Positions 1 to 8,575 of a stretch of 64,000 nucleotides of DNA are shown in pieces (within the stretch, counting starts at the first letter, position 1; each line of letters opens with the position of its first letter). The notes below the pieces were generated by a model. The model searched no databases. It saw nothing but the letters and a program-made list of their open reading frames with translations, and was not told where the DNA came from. Made by a program: the position numbers and the translations under genes. Source of the stretch: Candidatus Pullichristensenella stercorigallinarum (GTDB lineage Bacteria > Bacillota > Clostridia > Christensenellales > Aristaeellaceae). The stretch lies in contig DVFZ01000085.1 in NCBI GenBank assembly GCA_018712945.1, positions 3,034 to 67,033 of the forward strand, written 5' to 3'.

Positions 1-907
1 GCTCGATTTGGGCGTGCCACGGGAGGACGCGCGTTTTGTGCTGCCGTATTGCTTCCGCAGCAACTTTTATATGACGCTCAACGCCCGTGAATTCGTCCAT
101 TTCGTCTCCGCCATGCTCTATGGGCGCGGCGCGCGCTATCCTGAGCTGCGCGCCCTGGGCGCATCGCTCAAGGAACAGTTCGATTGCTTCTATCCCGGTG
201 TGATTGACCCGTCCGCCGTTTCCACAACTGCCGCCGAACCGCTTCCAACGGCCTTTTCGGAGGGAAGCGCCTCTGTTGGCGATGCCCGCCTGCTCTCAAA
301 ACCAGACTGCCGTCTGTTGTTGGCGGAGGCGTTGAAGTTTTCTGGGCGCGGGAACAAATCGGAGTTTCTTTTGACAGACGAACGGCCCCGCGAGCTGGAA
401 CTTCTGAACTTTGTGTTCAACGTGCGCAACGTCTCGCTTTCCTGCGTGACCCATTTCGCGCGCCACCGCATGCAGTCGCCATTGTTCATGCCCACGCTGG
501 ACGCGCTTGCGCGCGGGAATTATGTGCTTCCGGAAACCATTGCCGCCCTTCCCGAAGCCAGGGCCGCTTACGAAGATGCCTTCCGTACCCAGACGGGCTT
601 TGTCCGCGAAATGATTCAGCGCGGCTTGCGCATGGAGGACGCGGCGTACTGTACGCTCAGTGGCCACACCGCAGATCTGCTTTTCGGCATGAACGCGCGC
701 GAGCTTTTGCACTTTTTCAAGCTGCGCACTTGCGAGCGCGCCCAGTGGGAAATCCGCGCCGTGGCCCGGCAGATGCTGGCTCAGCTGCGCGCCTGCGAGG
801 GCGGCCTATTCGACGGCTACGGCCCAAGCTGCCTGGTGACGGGCCGTTGCCCGGAAGGGCGGCTTTCCTGCGGCCGTCCGCGCAAAAGAGGGGAGATGGA
901 AATATGA
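1..907 (+). CDS. thyX: ThyX-like FAD-dependent thymidylate synthase, 5'-truncated by the window edge; end of one Thy1-like domain plus a second complete one
   Basis: The frame is open from base 2 with no start in the window. ThyX-like strings occur twice (ARFVLP..NAREFVHF and NARELLHFFKLR). An RHRMQS motif (ThyX RHR..S) lies in the second copy. Confidence 0.7.
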   Translation, partial: LDLGVPREDARFVLPYCFRSNFYMTLNAREFVHFVSAMLYGRGARYPELRALGASLKEQFDCFYPGVIDPSAVSTTAAEPLPTAFSEGSASVGDARLLSKPDCRLLLAEALKFSGRGNKSEFLLTDERPRELELLNFVFNVRNVSLSCVTHFARHRMQSPLFMPTLDALARGNYVLPETIAALPEARAAYEDAFRTQTGFVREMIQRGLRMEDAAYCTLSGHTADLLFGMNARELLHFFKLRTCERAQWEIRAVARQMLAQLRACEGGLFDGYGPSCLVTGRCPEGRLSCGRPRKRGEMEI

Positions 908-1599
908 ACAACACCTATGGAATCCCGCGCGTCGGCCTGCTGCCTTACAGCCGCGCGGACGGCAGCCAGTATTTCCCGCCGGACTACATCGAGGCCATCG
1001 AAATGACCGGGGCGGAGGTCGTACCCGTGATGCACGATACGCCGCTGGACACGCTTTATCCGCTGGTGGTCAGCCTGGACGCGATGATCTTCAGCGGCGG
1101 CTGCGACGTAGACCCCGTGCACTACGGGCAGGCCCGCGAACCGGGCTGTGGCCGCATTGACCCGCGCCGCGACCAGATTGAGCTGGCGCTTGCCGACCTG
1201 GTGCTGGGGCGCAACATCCCCGTGCTGGGAATCTGCCGGGGACTCCAGATGCTCAACGTAGTTCTGGGCGGCACGCTCAAGCAGGATATTCCCAACCATC
1301 GCGTATCCGAAACCTCGGATGATCCCATTTGGCACGATGTGCGCATTGATCCTTCTTCGCGGCTGGCGCAGATTGCCGGAACAGACCGCGCCCGCGTAAA
1401 CAGCTATCACCATCAGGCCATCGACCGCCTGGCGGACGGGCTGGTTGCCACCGCCTGGGCGGAGGACGGCACCATTGAGGCCATGGAAATGCCGGGCGAA
1501 CGCTTTTTCGTTGGCCTGCAATGGCATCCGGAGAAATCGCTGCGTGAAGACGAACTCTCAAAAGCGGTTTTCAAGGCCATGCGCGCGGCGATGCACTGA
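904..1599 (+). CDS. class I glutamine amidotransferase-like / peptidase C26 gamma-glutamyl hydrolase family protein (PuuD-like)
   Basis: ATG at 904 follows GGGGAG and overlaps the thyX stop (ATGA). Nucleophile motif GICRGLQMLN and the LQWHPE histidine motif are present. Confidence 0.8.
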   Translation: MNNTYGIPRVGLLPYSRADGSQYFPPDYIEAIEMTGAEVVPVMHDTPLDTLYPLVVSLDAMIFSGGCDVDPVHYGQAREPGCGRIDPRRDQIELALADLVLGRNIPVLGICRGLQMLNVVLGGTLKQDIPNHRVSETSDDPIWHDVRIDPSSRLAQIAGTDRARVNSYHHQAIDRLADGLVATAWAEDGTIEAMEMPGERFFVGLQWHPEKSLREDELSKAVFKAMRAAMH

Positions 1600-1610
1600 T
1601 ATTTTCTCTG

Positions 1611-1649
1611 TCAAAACGGCCCGCCTCCCTTGTATGGAGACGGGCCGTT
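1611..1649 (-). terminator. intrinsic terminator between convergent genes
   Basis: 9-bp stem AACGGCCCG/CGGGCCGTT (1615-1649) with an inner CTCC/GGAG extension. On the minus strand it is followed by TTTT. It lies 15 nt after the permease stop. Confidence 0.55.
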
Positions 1650-1663
1650 GCCATGCCACAAAT

Positions 1664-2428
1664 TTACAAGCTTACATGTTTTTTGAGCATCCAGGCACTG
1701 CCGAAAAGGCTTGCCAACAGCACGATTGCGCTTTGCAAAATCGCCGGCGCCAAGGTCTCGAAATAAACCGTGGTCGTCCCGTTTACAAATTCCGTTCTCA
1801 CATACAGGCCGGAAACGTACATCAGCGCATAACTGAAGAGCGCGAAGAACAGGAACGAAAGCAGGCCGCGCCCCTTGCGGCTTTGCAGGATGGTGGCGCT
1901 CAGCGTCACGGAAAAATAGGCGACGCCGACAACCGAAAGTATGTTCAGGAAGAACTGCAGGATCGTAAGCACCAGCCCGGCGATGATCTGCCCCAAGTCA
2001 ACGCCTTGTTGCAGGAGAATCTGGTCAAAAAGGTTGTAGTACCCGCGCCATTCGCCGTAGCGTTCAGCAATTAAAGGCATATTTACCGCCAGCATCGCCA
2101 CCACCAACGCCGAAAACAAAAGACCAATTACCAGCGTAAACAGCAGTTTGGAGGCGACGATGGCCAACGTGCCGTGTGGCGTCATGAAAATCAAATAGCT
2201 GGATTTGCGCTTTAATTCCCCCGAATAGGCCGTCACGCCAATGATGAACACGGCGAAAGCGATGGCAAAAAAGCCGAGGAACATCAGCGTCAGCGAGGCA
2301 AAAACGTCGTTGTCCGATTCCGCCGCCATGCTGCCCAGGAAGTAGACCTCAATCGCCACAAGGATTGCCAGCACGATCAGAAGCGCCGTACGGTTTTTGC
2401 GCAATTCGTATTTGATGAGTTTAAGCAT
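1664..2428 (-). CDS. ABC-2 type transporter permease (multi-pass membrane protein)
   Basis: Start MLKLIKYELRKNRTALL overlaps the upstream ATPase stop by 8 bp. About 6 hydrophobic segments. It is paired with an ABC ATPase. Confidence 0.75.
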   Translation of the reverse strand: MLKLIKYELRKNRTALLIVLAILVAIEVYFLGSMAAESDNDVFASLTLMFLGFFAIAFAVFIIGVTAYSGELKRKSSYLIFMTPHGTLAIVASKLLFTLVIGLLFSALVVAMLAVNMPLIAERYGEWRGYYNLFDQILLQQGVDLGQIIAGLVLTILQFFLNILSVVGVAYFSVTLSATILQSRKGRGLLSFLFFALFSYALMYVSGLYVRTEFVNGTTTVYFETLAPAILQSAIVLLASLFGSAWMLKKHVSL

Positions 2429-3131
2429 GTCCTTCCACCCCGCCTTCGCCATAGATCCTGCGGTACATTTCCACGATGCCCACGCCATACTGTTCGTGGA
2501 TGCGCTGGGCTGTGCCCGCAAGCGCCACCACGCCGTCTTTCATGAACACGGCGTCGTCGATCATCGGTTCCAGTTCATCCACAAGATGGCTGGAGATGAT
2601 GAGCGTGCGCTCCGCGGTGTGGTGCGCCTGAATGAGCGCCAGCGTGCGTTCGCGGGCGATGATGTCGATGCCGTTGAGCGGCTCGTCGAGCATGGTCAGG
2701 CGGCTGTCGCGCGCAAATGTCAGCGCCAGTTTGACCTTGGCCACCATGCCCGAGGACATGGTGCGAATCTTCCCGGCGGGGTCGAGATGTTCCTCCTCCA
2801 GCGAGCGCAGGTAACGCTCCATGGAAAAGTCTGCGAAAAAGTCGCTGTAGTAGCGCCCCGCGTCGCGGGCGGTCATGTAGTTGTAGAAGTAAGCCTCGGT
2901 GGGCATATAGGCGATGTGCCGCTTGGTTGCCACGCCCACGGGATCGCCATCGAAGCGAATCTCCCCATCGTTGGGGCACACCAGCCCGGCAATCATCTTC
3001 ATCAGTGTCGTTTTGCCGCTGCCGTTCGGCCCCAGCAACGCCACCAGGCGACCGGCTTCCGCGTTCAGGCTCACGTCGCAGACCGCGGTCTTGCCGCCAT
3101 AGCGCTTGGTCACATGTGAAATTTCCAGCAT
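2421..3131 (-). CDS. ABC transporter ATP-binding protein
   Basis: ATG at 3131 preceded by GGAGGAAAG. Walker A GPNGSGKTT, signature MSSGM, Walker B LTMLDEP. Confidence 0.9.
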   Translation of the reverse strand: MLEISHVTKRYGGKTAVCDVSLNAEAGRLVALLGPNGSGKTTLMKMIAGLVCPNDGEIRFDGDPVGVATKRHIAYMPTEAYFYNYMTARDAGRYYSDFFADFSMERYLRSLEEEHLDPAGKIRTMSSGMVAKVKLALTFARDSRLTMLDEPLNGIDIIARERTLALIQAHHTAERTLIISSHLVDELEPMIDDAVFMKDGVVALAGTAQRIHEQYGVGIVEMYRRIYGEGGVEGHA

Positions 3132-3171
3132 TGTCTTTCCTCCATCGTCCTTTGTCTCCCGCCCGGCGGGA

Positions 3172-3801
3172 TCAATCATCCCAGTCGTCCGCGTCCCACA
3201 CGGCGTCCACGGCTTCGCGCACGGCGTCCCAGGAAAAGCCCCGCCGCGCCAACGCCTGCGAAAGTTTTGCCCGGCCTTCGCGCGCGGACAGACTCTCGTA
3301 TTTCCGCAGCAGGGAACGCGCCGCCTTTTGCGCGGCCTCAGCCTGCTGTTCGGCGTCCAAAGCGCCCAGCGCGGCTTCGGCGTCCTCGTCGCTTATGCCC
3401 TTGGCGCGCAGCTTGCGGCGCACGGCGTATACGCCTACGGCGCGGTTTGCGTGCGTTTCCACGGCGCGTTCGGCATAGCGCCGGTCGTCGATGAGGCCGT
3501 TATCCGTCAGGCGGTCGAGCACGGCCTCCACTGCGGGGGCCACGTAACCCCGCGCCGCGAGCGAACGCCCCAGCTCCCGCCGCGTGCGCGCGCACAGGTC
3601 CAGACTGTTTAGCGCCGCCTCATAAGCGTCGGCAAGCTGCGCGGCAGCCAAGCGTCCGGCGTAGGCCTCGCAGTCTACATCATCGCCCACCGCAAGCGGC
3701 AGGGCGCGAAAGTGTTTCTGGCGCACCTTCATCGCCGGGGCATCGTCAAATAAGACGCGCACCACGCCTCGAAAGTTGCGTATTTCCGTTACTGTGGACA
3801 A
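3172..3801 (-). CDS. recX: recombination regulator RecX
   Basis: TTG start 7 nt after AAGGAGG. RecX-type repeated helical modules are present (LAARGYVAPAVEAVLDRLTDNGLIDDRRYAE; LRAKGISDEDAEAAL; LARRGFSWDAV). Confidence 0.8.
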   Translation of the reverse strand: MSTVTEIRNFRGVVRVLFDDAPAMKVRQKHFRALPLAVGDDVDCEAYAGRLAAAQLADAYEAALNSLDLCARTRRELGRSLAARGYVAPAVEAVLDRLTDNGLIDDRRYAERAVETHANRAVGVYAVRRKLRAKGISDEDAEAALGALDAEQQAEAAQKAARSLLRKYESLSAREGRAKLSQALARRGFSWDAVREAVDAVWDADDWDD

Positions 3802-3816
3802 GGCACAGCCTCCTTT

Positions 3817-4416
3817 TTACATCTCCGGCATGGGCGCGGTATAAAAGCCCAGCTTGTGAAAATCGTACCAGCCGCGAATTTTTTCCTCCGGCGCGGCCTC
3901 CAGCGCCAGCAGCATTTCGCGGGCAAATTCCAGAGGCGCCGTGCCATTTGCGGTGACGATATTGCCGTCGCGCACGGCCTGCTTTGCCGCAAACAACGCC
4001 TCGCCCGCATAGGCAGGGCCGCCCAGGTTCTTCAGGTCGTCCAGGCTGTTTGCCGTATGACGAACGTGATTGAGCGCGCCGGCGCGGGCCAGGAACGCGG
4101 CCGCGTCGCAGATGCCGCCCAGCACCTTTCCCCGCCGGAAGTAATCTTCTGCCAGCGGCAAGAATCCCCGCGCCGCCCCGCCGCGCCAGCCCATGCCGCC
4201 GATGAGCGCCAAGGCGGCATAATCGTCCGGGACGGAGGCGGCGTCAAAATCGGGCATTACCTGAAAGCCGCCGATAGACGCCACCGGCTCCCGCGAAACG
4301 GAAACAGTTCTGACTGCAAACGCCCCGGGCGCGAGCATGTTCAGCGCCGAGGCTAGATAAGCCGCCTCCCAGTCGGCATATGGGGCGAGCAGGCCGAATA
4401 AAACGGTTTTTGCCAT
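3817..4416 (-). CDS. DJ-1/PfpI family (type 1 glutamine amidotransferase-like) protein
   Basis: ATG after GGAGGGAAAG. Nucleophile-elbow-like GGICDAAAFLARAGALN and the overall DJ-1 size and pattern. Confidence 0.7.
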   Translation of the reverse strand: MAKTVLFGLLAPYADWEAAYLASALNMLAPGAFAVRTVSVSREPVASIGGFQVMPDFDAASVPDDYAALALIGGMGWRGGAARGFLPLAEDYFRRGKVLGGICDAAAFLARAGALNHVRHTANSLDDLKNLGGPAYAGEALFAAKQAVRDGNIVTANGTAPLEFAREMLLALEAAPEEKIRGWYDFHKLGFYTAPMPEM

Positions 4417-4428
4417 GCGCTTTCCCTC

Positions 4429-5325
4429 CTAGTCAAACAACGGCCGCCAGTTTTCATCCGCGGCCGCGGCCAGGCACATGCGCACCTGTGCCGGTGTGGT
4501 CTTGCTTTCGGCCAGCGGCGGCAGATAATCCGGGGCAAAAAAGCCGCTGCGCGTGGTTTCGATATTGGCCTGGAATGTCCCGGCGAGCCGTTCGCAGAGC
4601 ACAAAGACCTTGACGATGCCGATGGCCAACGTGGGCGGGTTGTGCAGGTTATGCTCCTGCAGGGCGATGAGGCGGCGGGGAAGCACCTCCAGCCCGGCTT
4701 CCTCAAAGGCTTCCTTAGCGGTATTCTGGGAGATGGTGGTATCCACGTCCATCCAGCCGCCAGGCAAGGCCCAAAGCCCGGTATTTTCCTGCACAAGCAG
4801 TATGCGCCCATCCTCTACGATGGCTGCGCGCGTATCAATTTTGGGCGTTTGATAGCCCGTTTCGCACAAAAACACGTCGCGCACCGTCTTTTCCGGCAAC
4901 CCGCTGCCCCTCGCGAGCATCTGCGCCGCCATTTCGCGCAGGCGGGCGAAGCGCTCCAGGTCGTATGGGTCTTTGGAATAGGCCAGCCCCGCCTGGGCGA
5001 TGAACTGCATCTCCACGGCGGTCTGCATCCATTCCAGCCCATCATAGGGCTTTTCGCGCCGCGTGAGCAGCGCCGCCAGATCATAGGGTTCGCGCAGGTA
5101 ATATGTCGCGCGGGCATGGCGCGCGGGAACGCCCCGCCACAGGGCCAGCGCACAGTCCAACCCGGCGTCAAAAGCCGCGTTTACCGCCTCCGGCTTCGCG
5201 CTGACAAACAGAGCGCCCCTTTGCGCCGCGCCGACTGTGCACGCCGCTCCCAGCGCCTCCAATTCTTTGCGGGGAGCGTCGCTGAAAAGCGCCTCGCCGT
5301 CAAAGACGATCTTTTCATAAGCCAT
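4429..5325 (-). CDS. NUDIX hydrolase with N-terminal extension and Nudix_N-like helical domain
   Basis: ATG at 5325 after GGGAGGGAG. Nudix box LPGGWMDVDTTISQNTAKEAFEEAGLEV. The ORF-track extension to 5763 has no RBS and runs through the promoter. Confidence 0.85.
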   Translation of the reverse strand: MAYEKIVFDGEALFSDAPRKELEALGAACTVGAAQRGALFVSAKPEAVNAAFDAGLDCALALWRGVPARHARATYYLREPYDLAALLTRREKPYDGLEWMQTAVEMQFIAQAGLAYSKDPYDLERFARLREMAAQMLARGSGLPEKTVRDVFLCETGYQTPKIDTRAAIVEDGRILLVQENTGLWALPGGWMDVDTTISQNTAKEAFEEAGLEVLPRRLIALQEHNLHNPPTLAIGIVKVFVLCERLAGTFQANIETTRSGFFAPDYLPPLAESKTTPAQVRMCLAAAADENWRPLFD

Positions 5326-5344
5326 GTGTCTCCCTCCCGCGCCG

Positions 5345-5373
5345 ATTATAGCATCGAAAAGAATGGCATTCAA
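5345..5373 (-). promoter_or_regulatory. sigma-A type promoter for the nudix/DJ-1/recX/ABC gene string
   Basis: Minus strand reads TTGAAT-17 nt-TATAAT with TGC immediately upstream of the -10 (extended -10). Confidence 0.6.
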
Positions 5374-5450
5374 GTGAAAAAGGATTAAAGTACGCTTAGG
5401 GTTGCGCGCCCGGAAATGCGGCCCGGAAGGCCATGCCGTCTTGACGAAAG

Positions 5451-5480
5451 AATGGAAAATATGGTATGATAAAGTGTATT
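5451..5480 (+). promoter_or_regulatory. sigma-A type promoter for yebC-murI
   Basis: TTGACG (5451-5456), 18-nt spacer, then TGG-TATGAT (5475-5480), 27 nt upstream of the yebC ATG. Confidence 0.6.
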
Positions 5481-5506
5481 CACCAATCATTTGGAGGGGA
5501 TTGTCC

Positions 5507-6253
5507 ATGTCGGGACACAATAAATGGTCTACCATCAAGCACAAGAAAGAAAAAACCGACGCGCAGCGCGGCAAGATATTTACCAAGATCGGCCGTGAGA
5601 TCGCCATCGCCGTGCGCGAAGGCGGCCCGGACCCGAACACGAACAGCAAACTCAAGGACGTAGTGGCCAAGGCCAAGGCCGCGAACATGCCCAACGAGAA
5701 TATACAGCGTTCCATCAAGAAGGCCTCGGGCGAAGGCGATGCGACCCAGTATAAGGAGGTCACCTATGAGGGATACGCGCCCGGCGGCGTGGCTGTGATC
5801 GTCGAACTGGTTACGGACAATCTGAACCGCACCGCCTCGGAAGTGCGCCACATCTTCGATAAGTGCGGCGGTTCCCTGGGCGCGACCGGCTGCGTGAGCT
5901 GGAAATTCGAGCGCAAGGGCGTCATTGAAATCGACAACTCCAAGGGGTTGGACGAGGATGAGCTGATGATGCTGGCGTTGGACGCGGGCGCCTCCGATGT
6001 GGAAAGCGAAGGCGAGGTAGCCGTTATTTACACAGACCCCAATGATTTTTCCGCCGTGCGGGACAATCTCGAAGGTGCCGGCTGTACGTTCCTTTCCGCC
6101 GAACGCGAGATGATCCCCACAACCACGACCGAAATTTCCGACCCGGAGACGCTTGCGAAGGTGCGCAAGCTCATAGACTGGCTTGAGGACTATGACGATT
6201 CCCAGAATGTGTTCCACGACGCGGAGCTTCCTGAGGAGGAAGAGGAGGAATAG
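5507..6253 (+). CDS. yebC: YebC/PmpR family DNA-binding transcriptional regulator
   Basis: MSGHNKWSTIKHKKEKTDAQRGKIFTK is a hallmark N-terminus. RBS GGAGGGG lies 7 nt upstream. Confidence 0.95.
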   Translation: MSGHNKWSTIKHKKEKTDAQRGKIFTKIGREIAIAVREGGPDPNTNSKLKDVVAKAKAANMPNENIQRSIKKASGEGDATQYKEVTYEGYAPGGVAVIVELVTDNLNRTASEVRHIFDKCGGSLGATGCVSWKFERKGVIEIDNSKGLDEDELMMLALDAGASDVESEGEVAVIYTDPNDFSAVRDNLEGAGCTFLSAEREMIPTTTTEISDPETLAKVRKLIDWLEDYDDSQNVFHDAELPEEEEEE

Positions 6254-6254
6254 C

Positions 6255-7013
6255 ATGCGCAACGCCCCCATCGGCGTGCTTGATTCGGGCATGGGAGGGT
6301 TAGGCGTTTTGCACGCCCTGCGAAGGGCGATGCCGCACGAGCGGTTTCTCTACTTTGGCGACAATGCGAACGCCCCCTACGGCCCGCGCCCGCCCGAGGA
6401 GATTCAAGCGCTCACGCTGCGCACGGCGCATATGTTGATGGAGCGAGGGGTAAAGGCGCTGGTTATTGCTTGCAATACGGCAAATTCGGCGGCGGGGGAG
6501 CTGCTGAAAGAGCGTCTGCCCATCCCCGTGGTGGGGGTGGAGCCAGATTTGGAAGATGCGCATGCCTGCGCCGGGGGCAAGCGGGTGGTCGTGTTTGCAA
6601 CGCAGGCGACGTTGGCGCTGCCGCTCTATCAAGGCTTGCGAAAGCGCCTGTGCCCGGATGCGATCTCCATCCCAGCGCCGGAACTTGTGATGATGGTGGA
6701 ACGCGGCGTGCTCTCCGGCGCGGAGCCGGAGGTGTTTTTCCGTGAAAAGCTGCGCCCATGGCCATTGGAGGAGATCGGCGCTTTTGTGATGGGCTGCACG
6801 CATTTCATCTTTCTGCACGGCGCGCTTTCCGCCGTTGCCCCCGGCGTGCCCATATTCGACGGCGTAACGCCGGTCATCGCTTCGCTGCGCGAGGCGCTGG
6901 CGCAGGCAGATGCGCTGGCCGCCTCGGGCGAAGGAAGCGCAGAACTTTTGACTTCCTCGGATGATCCCGAGGTTTATGCGCGCATGCGCGTATTGCTGGC
7001 GGCGGAGCCATAA
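6255..7013 (+). CDS. murI: glutamate racemase
   Basis: IGVLDSGMGGLGVL, IACNTAN and MGCTHF catalytic-Cys motifs. The start is 1 nt after the yebC stop. Confidence 0.9.
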   Translation: MRNAPIGVLDSGMGGLGVLHALRRAMPHERFLYFGDNANAPYGPRPPEEIQALTLRTAHMLMERGVKALVIACNTANSAAGELLKERLPIPVVGVEPDLEDAHACAGGKRVVVFATQATLALPLYQGLRKRLCPDAISIPAPELVMMVERGVLSGAEPEVFFREKLRPWPLEEIGAFVMGCTHFIFLHGALSAVAPGVPIFDGVTPVIASLREALAQADALAASGEGSAELLTSSDDPEVYARMRVLLAAEP

Positions 7014-7118
7014 GCCTGCCCATATCCATTATTTCCCTGCCTTTAAGCCTTGCGCGTCCGGATGCGCGGGGCTTCGATGATTTTTAACCGCGATGCCCGT
7101 TGGCGAAAGGAGGCGCGC

Positions 7119-8204
7119 ATGATGGACATGCTTTCTCCGGGCGAAGTTACCGCCTCGGGCCGCCTGCTCATTATTGATGACGACGCGATCAACCGCGCCA
7201 TTTTGGACAATATCTTTTCCCCGTATTACGAAACGGAAGAAGCGGAAGATGGTCGCGAGGGGCTTGACAAGATCCTCGCGCGGCCGGATGCGTACTGCGC
7301 CGTGCTTCTGGACGTGATTATGCCGGAAATGAACGGCTTGGAGGTGCTTGAGCGCCTGCATAGCCGCTCTTTCCCGGAAAGGACGCCCGTATTCCTCATC
7401 ACGGCGGAAGCCAGCGATGAAACCATGCGCCGCGCTTACGATATGGGTGTGATGGATGTCATCAGCAAGCCGGTTGTGCCCTATATCGTTTTGAAGCGGG
7501 TGCAGAGCGTTATCGAGCTTTATCAGGCCCGCAAGCGCTTGAGCAGCACCGTTGCCAGCCAGCAGACGGAGCTTCTGGAGCAGGCGCAGAAGATCATCCG
7601 CTTGAACCAGGGCATGATTGAAGCCCTTTCCACCGCCATTGAGTTCCGCAGCGAGGAATCCGGCGACCACGTCCGCCGCATCCACGATATCACATGGCAT
7701 CTGCTTACATACACGCCGTTGGGAGACGGGCTGGATGCGGAGACCGTCCGCCAGATCGCCTTGGCTTCCATTATGCACGATGTGGGCAAGATCGCCATCC
7801 CAGACGCCATTCTCAATAAACCCGGCAAGCTCACGGCCGAGGAATACGAGATCATGAAAACCCATACGACGCAGGGCGCGTTGCTGCTCGAGCGCATTCC
7901 GCAGCTGCGCGAGACCGGCCTGTATTCTTACGCCGCCGATATTGCCCGGCACCACCACGAGCGTTGGGACGGCCGCGGCTATCCCGACGGCCTGCGCGGG
8001 GATGAAATCACCATATGGGCGCAGGTGGTTTCGCTGGCGGATGTGTATGACGCGCTCATCAGCAAGCGCGTATACAAGGCCGCTTTTACGCGCGAAACGG
8101 CCCTGGAGATGATCCGCGACGGGGCGTGCGGCGTGTTCAGCCCGCGCCTGCTGGAGCATTTTTTCGCGGCGGAGGACAAGCTGTTTACCCTCTACCGCCA
8201 CTAA
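7119..8204 (+). CDS. response regulator with HD-GYP phosphodiesterase output domain (RpfG-like)
   Basis: ATG 5 nt after GGAGG. Receiver domain (LLIIDDD..., LLDVIMPEMNG), then HDVGKIAIPD and HHERWDGRGYPDGL (HD and GYP motifs). Confidence 0.9.
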   Translation: MMDMLSPGEVTASGRLLIIDDDAINRAILDNIFSPYYETEEAEDGREGLDKILARPDAYCAVLLDVIMPEMNGLEVLERLHSRSFPERTPVFLITAEASDETMRRAYDMGVMDVISKPVVPYIVLKRVQSVIELYQARKRLSSTVASQQTELLEQAQKIIRLNQGMIEALSTAIEFRSEESGDHVRRIHDITWHLLTYTPLGDGLDAETVRQIALASIMHDVGKIAIPDAILNKPGKLTAEEYEIMKTHTTQGALLLERIPQLRETGLYSYAADIARHHHERWDGRGYPDGLRGDEITIWAQVVSLADVYDALISKRVYKAAFTRETALEMIRDGACGVFSPRLLEHFFAAEDKLFTLYRH

Positions 8205-8216
8205 GGGGAGGAGCAC

Positions 8217-8570
8217 ATGGACGAGTCGAAGAAACGGGATTTGTTGGCCGCTGGCATTGATGTGGACGGCGCGCTCGCGCGCCTGATGGGAAATGAAACG
8301 CTGTTTCTGCGGCTCTTGCAAAAGTTCCTGGCAGATAAAAACTACGCAAAGCTCGTAAACGCCCTGGAAACGGGCGACGCGGAAGCGGCGCTTGCCGCTT
8401 CGCATACGCTCAAGGGCGTTTGCGGAAATCTTTCCATGACCGCCCTGTTCGACCTGCTCACGCGGCAGGTGGCGGCGCTGCGCGCCGGGCAATGGCAGGA
8501 AGCGGTAGATATGCTCGCGCAGATCGCCCCGGCTTATGAACGGGTGTCCGGGGCCATTCGGGGGTTGTAA
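8217..8570 (+). CDS. Hpt (histidine phosphotransfer) domain protein
   Basis: 117 aa. Phospho-histidine motif SHTLKGVCGNLSM. RBS GGGGAGGAG. Confidence 0.85.
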   Translation: MDESKKRDLLAAGIDVDGALARLMGNETLFLRLLQKFLADKNYAKLVNALETGDAEAALAASHTLKGVCGNLSMTALFDLLTRQVAALRAGQWQEAVDMLAQIAPAYERVSGAIRGL

Positions 8571-8575
8571 AAGCA

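Noticed and set aside
5402-5506. N-terminal extensions offered by the ORF track for many genes (for example 5402, 730, 6183, 11128, 25415, 33400, 35634, 36245, 39285, 46934, 51874, 52578, and minus-strand 5763, 3179, 2521, 27630, 29535, 50072, 63918)
   Set aside because: In each case an internal ATG/GTG/TTG with a well-spaced GGAGG-type SD gives the canonical family N-terminus. The extension overlaps the upstream gene, promoter or terminator.
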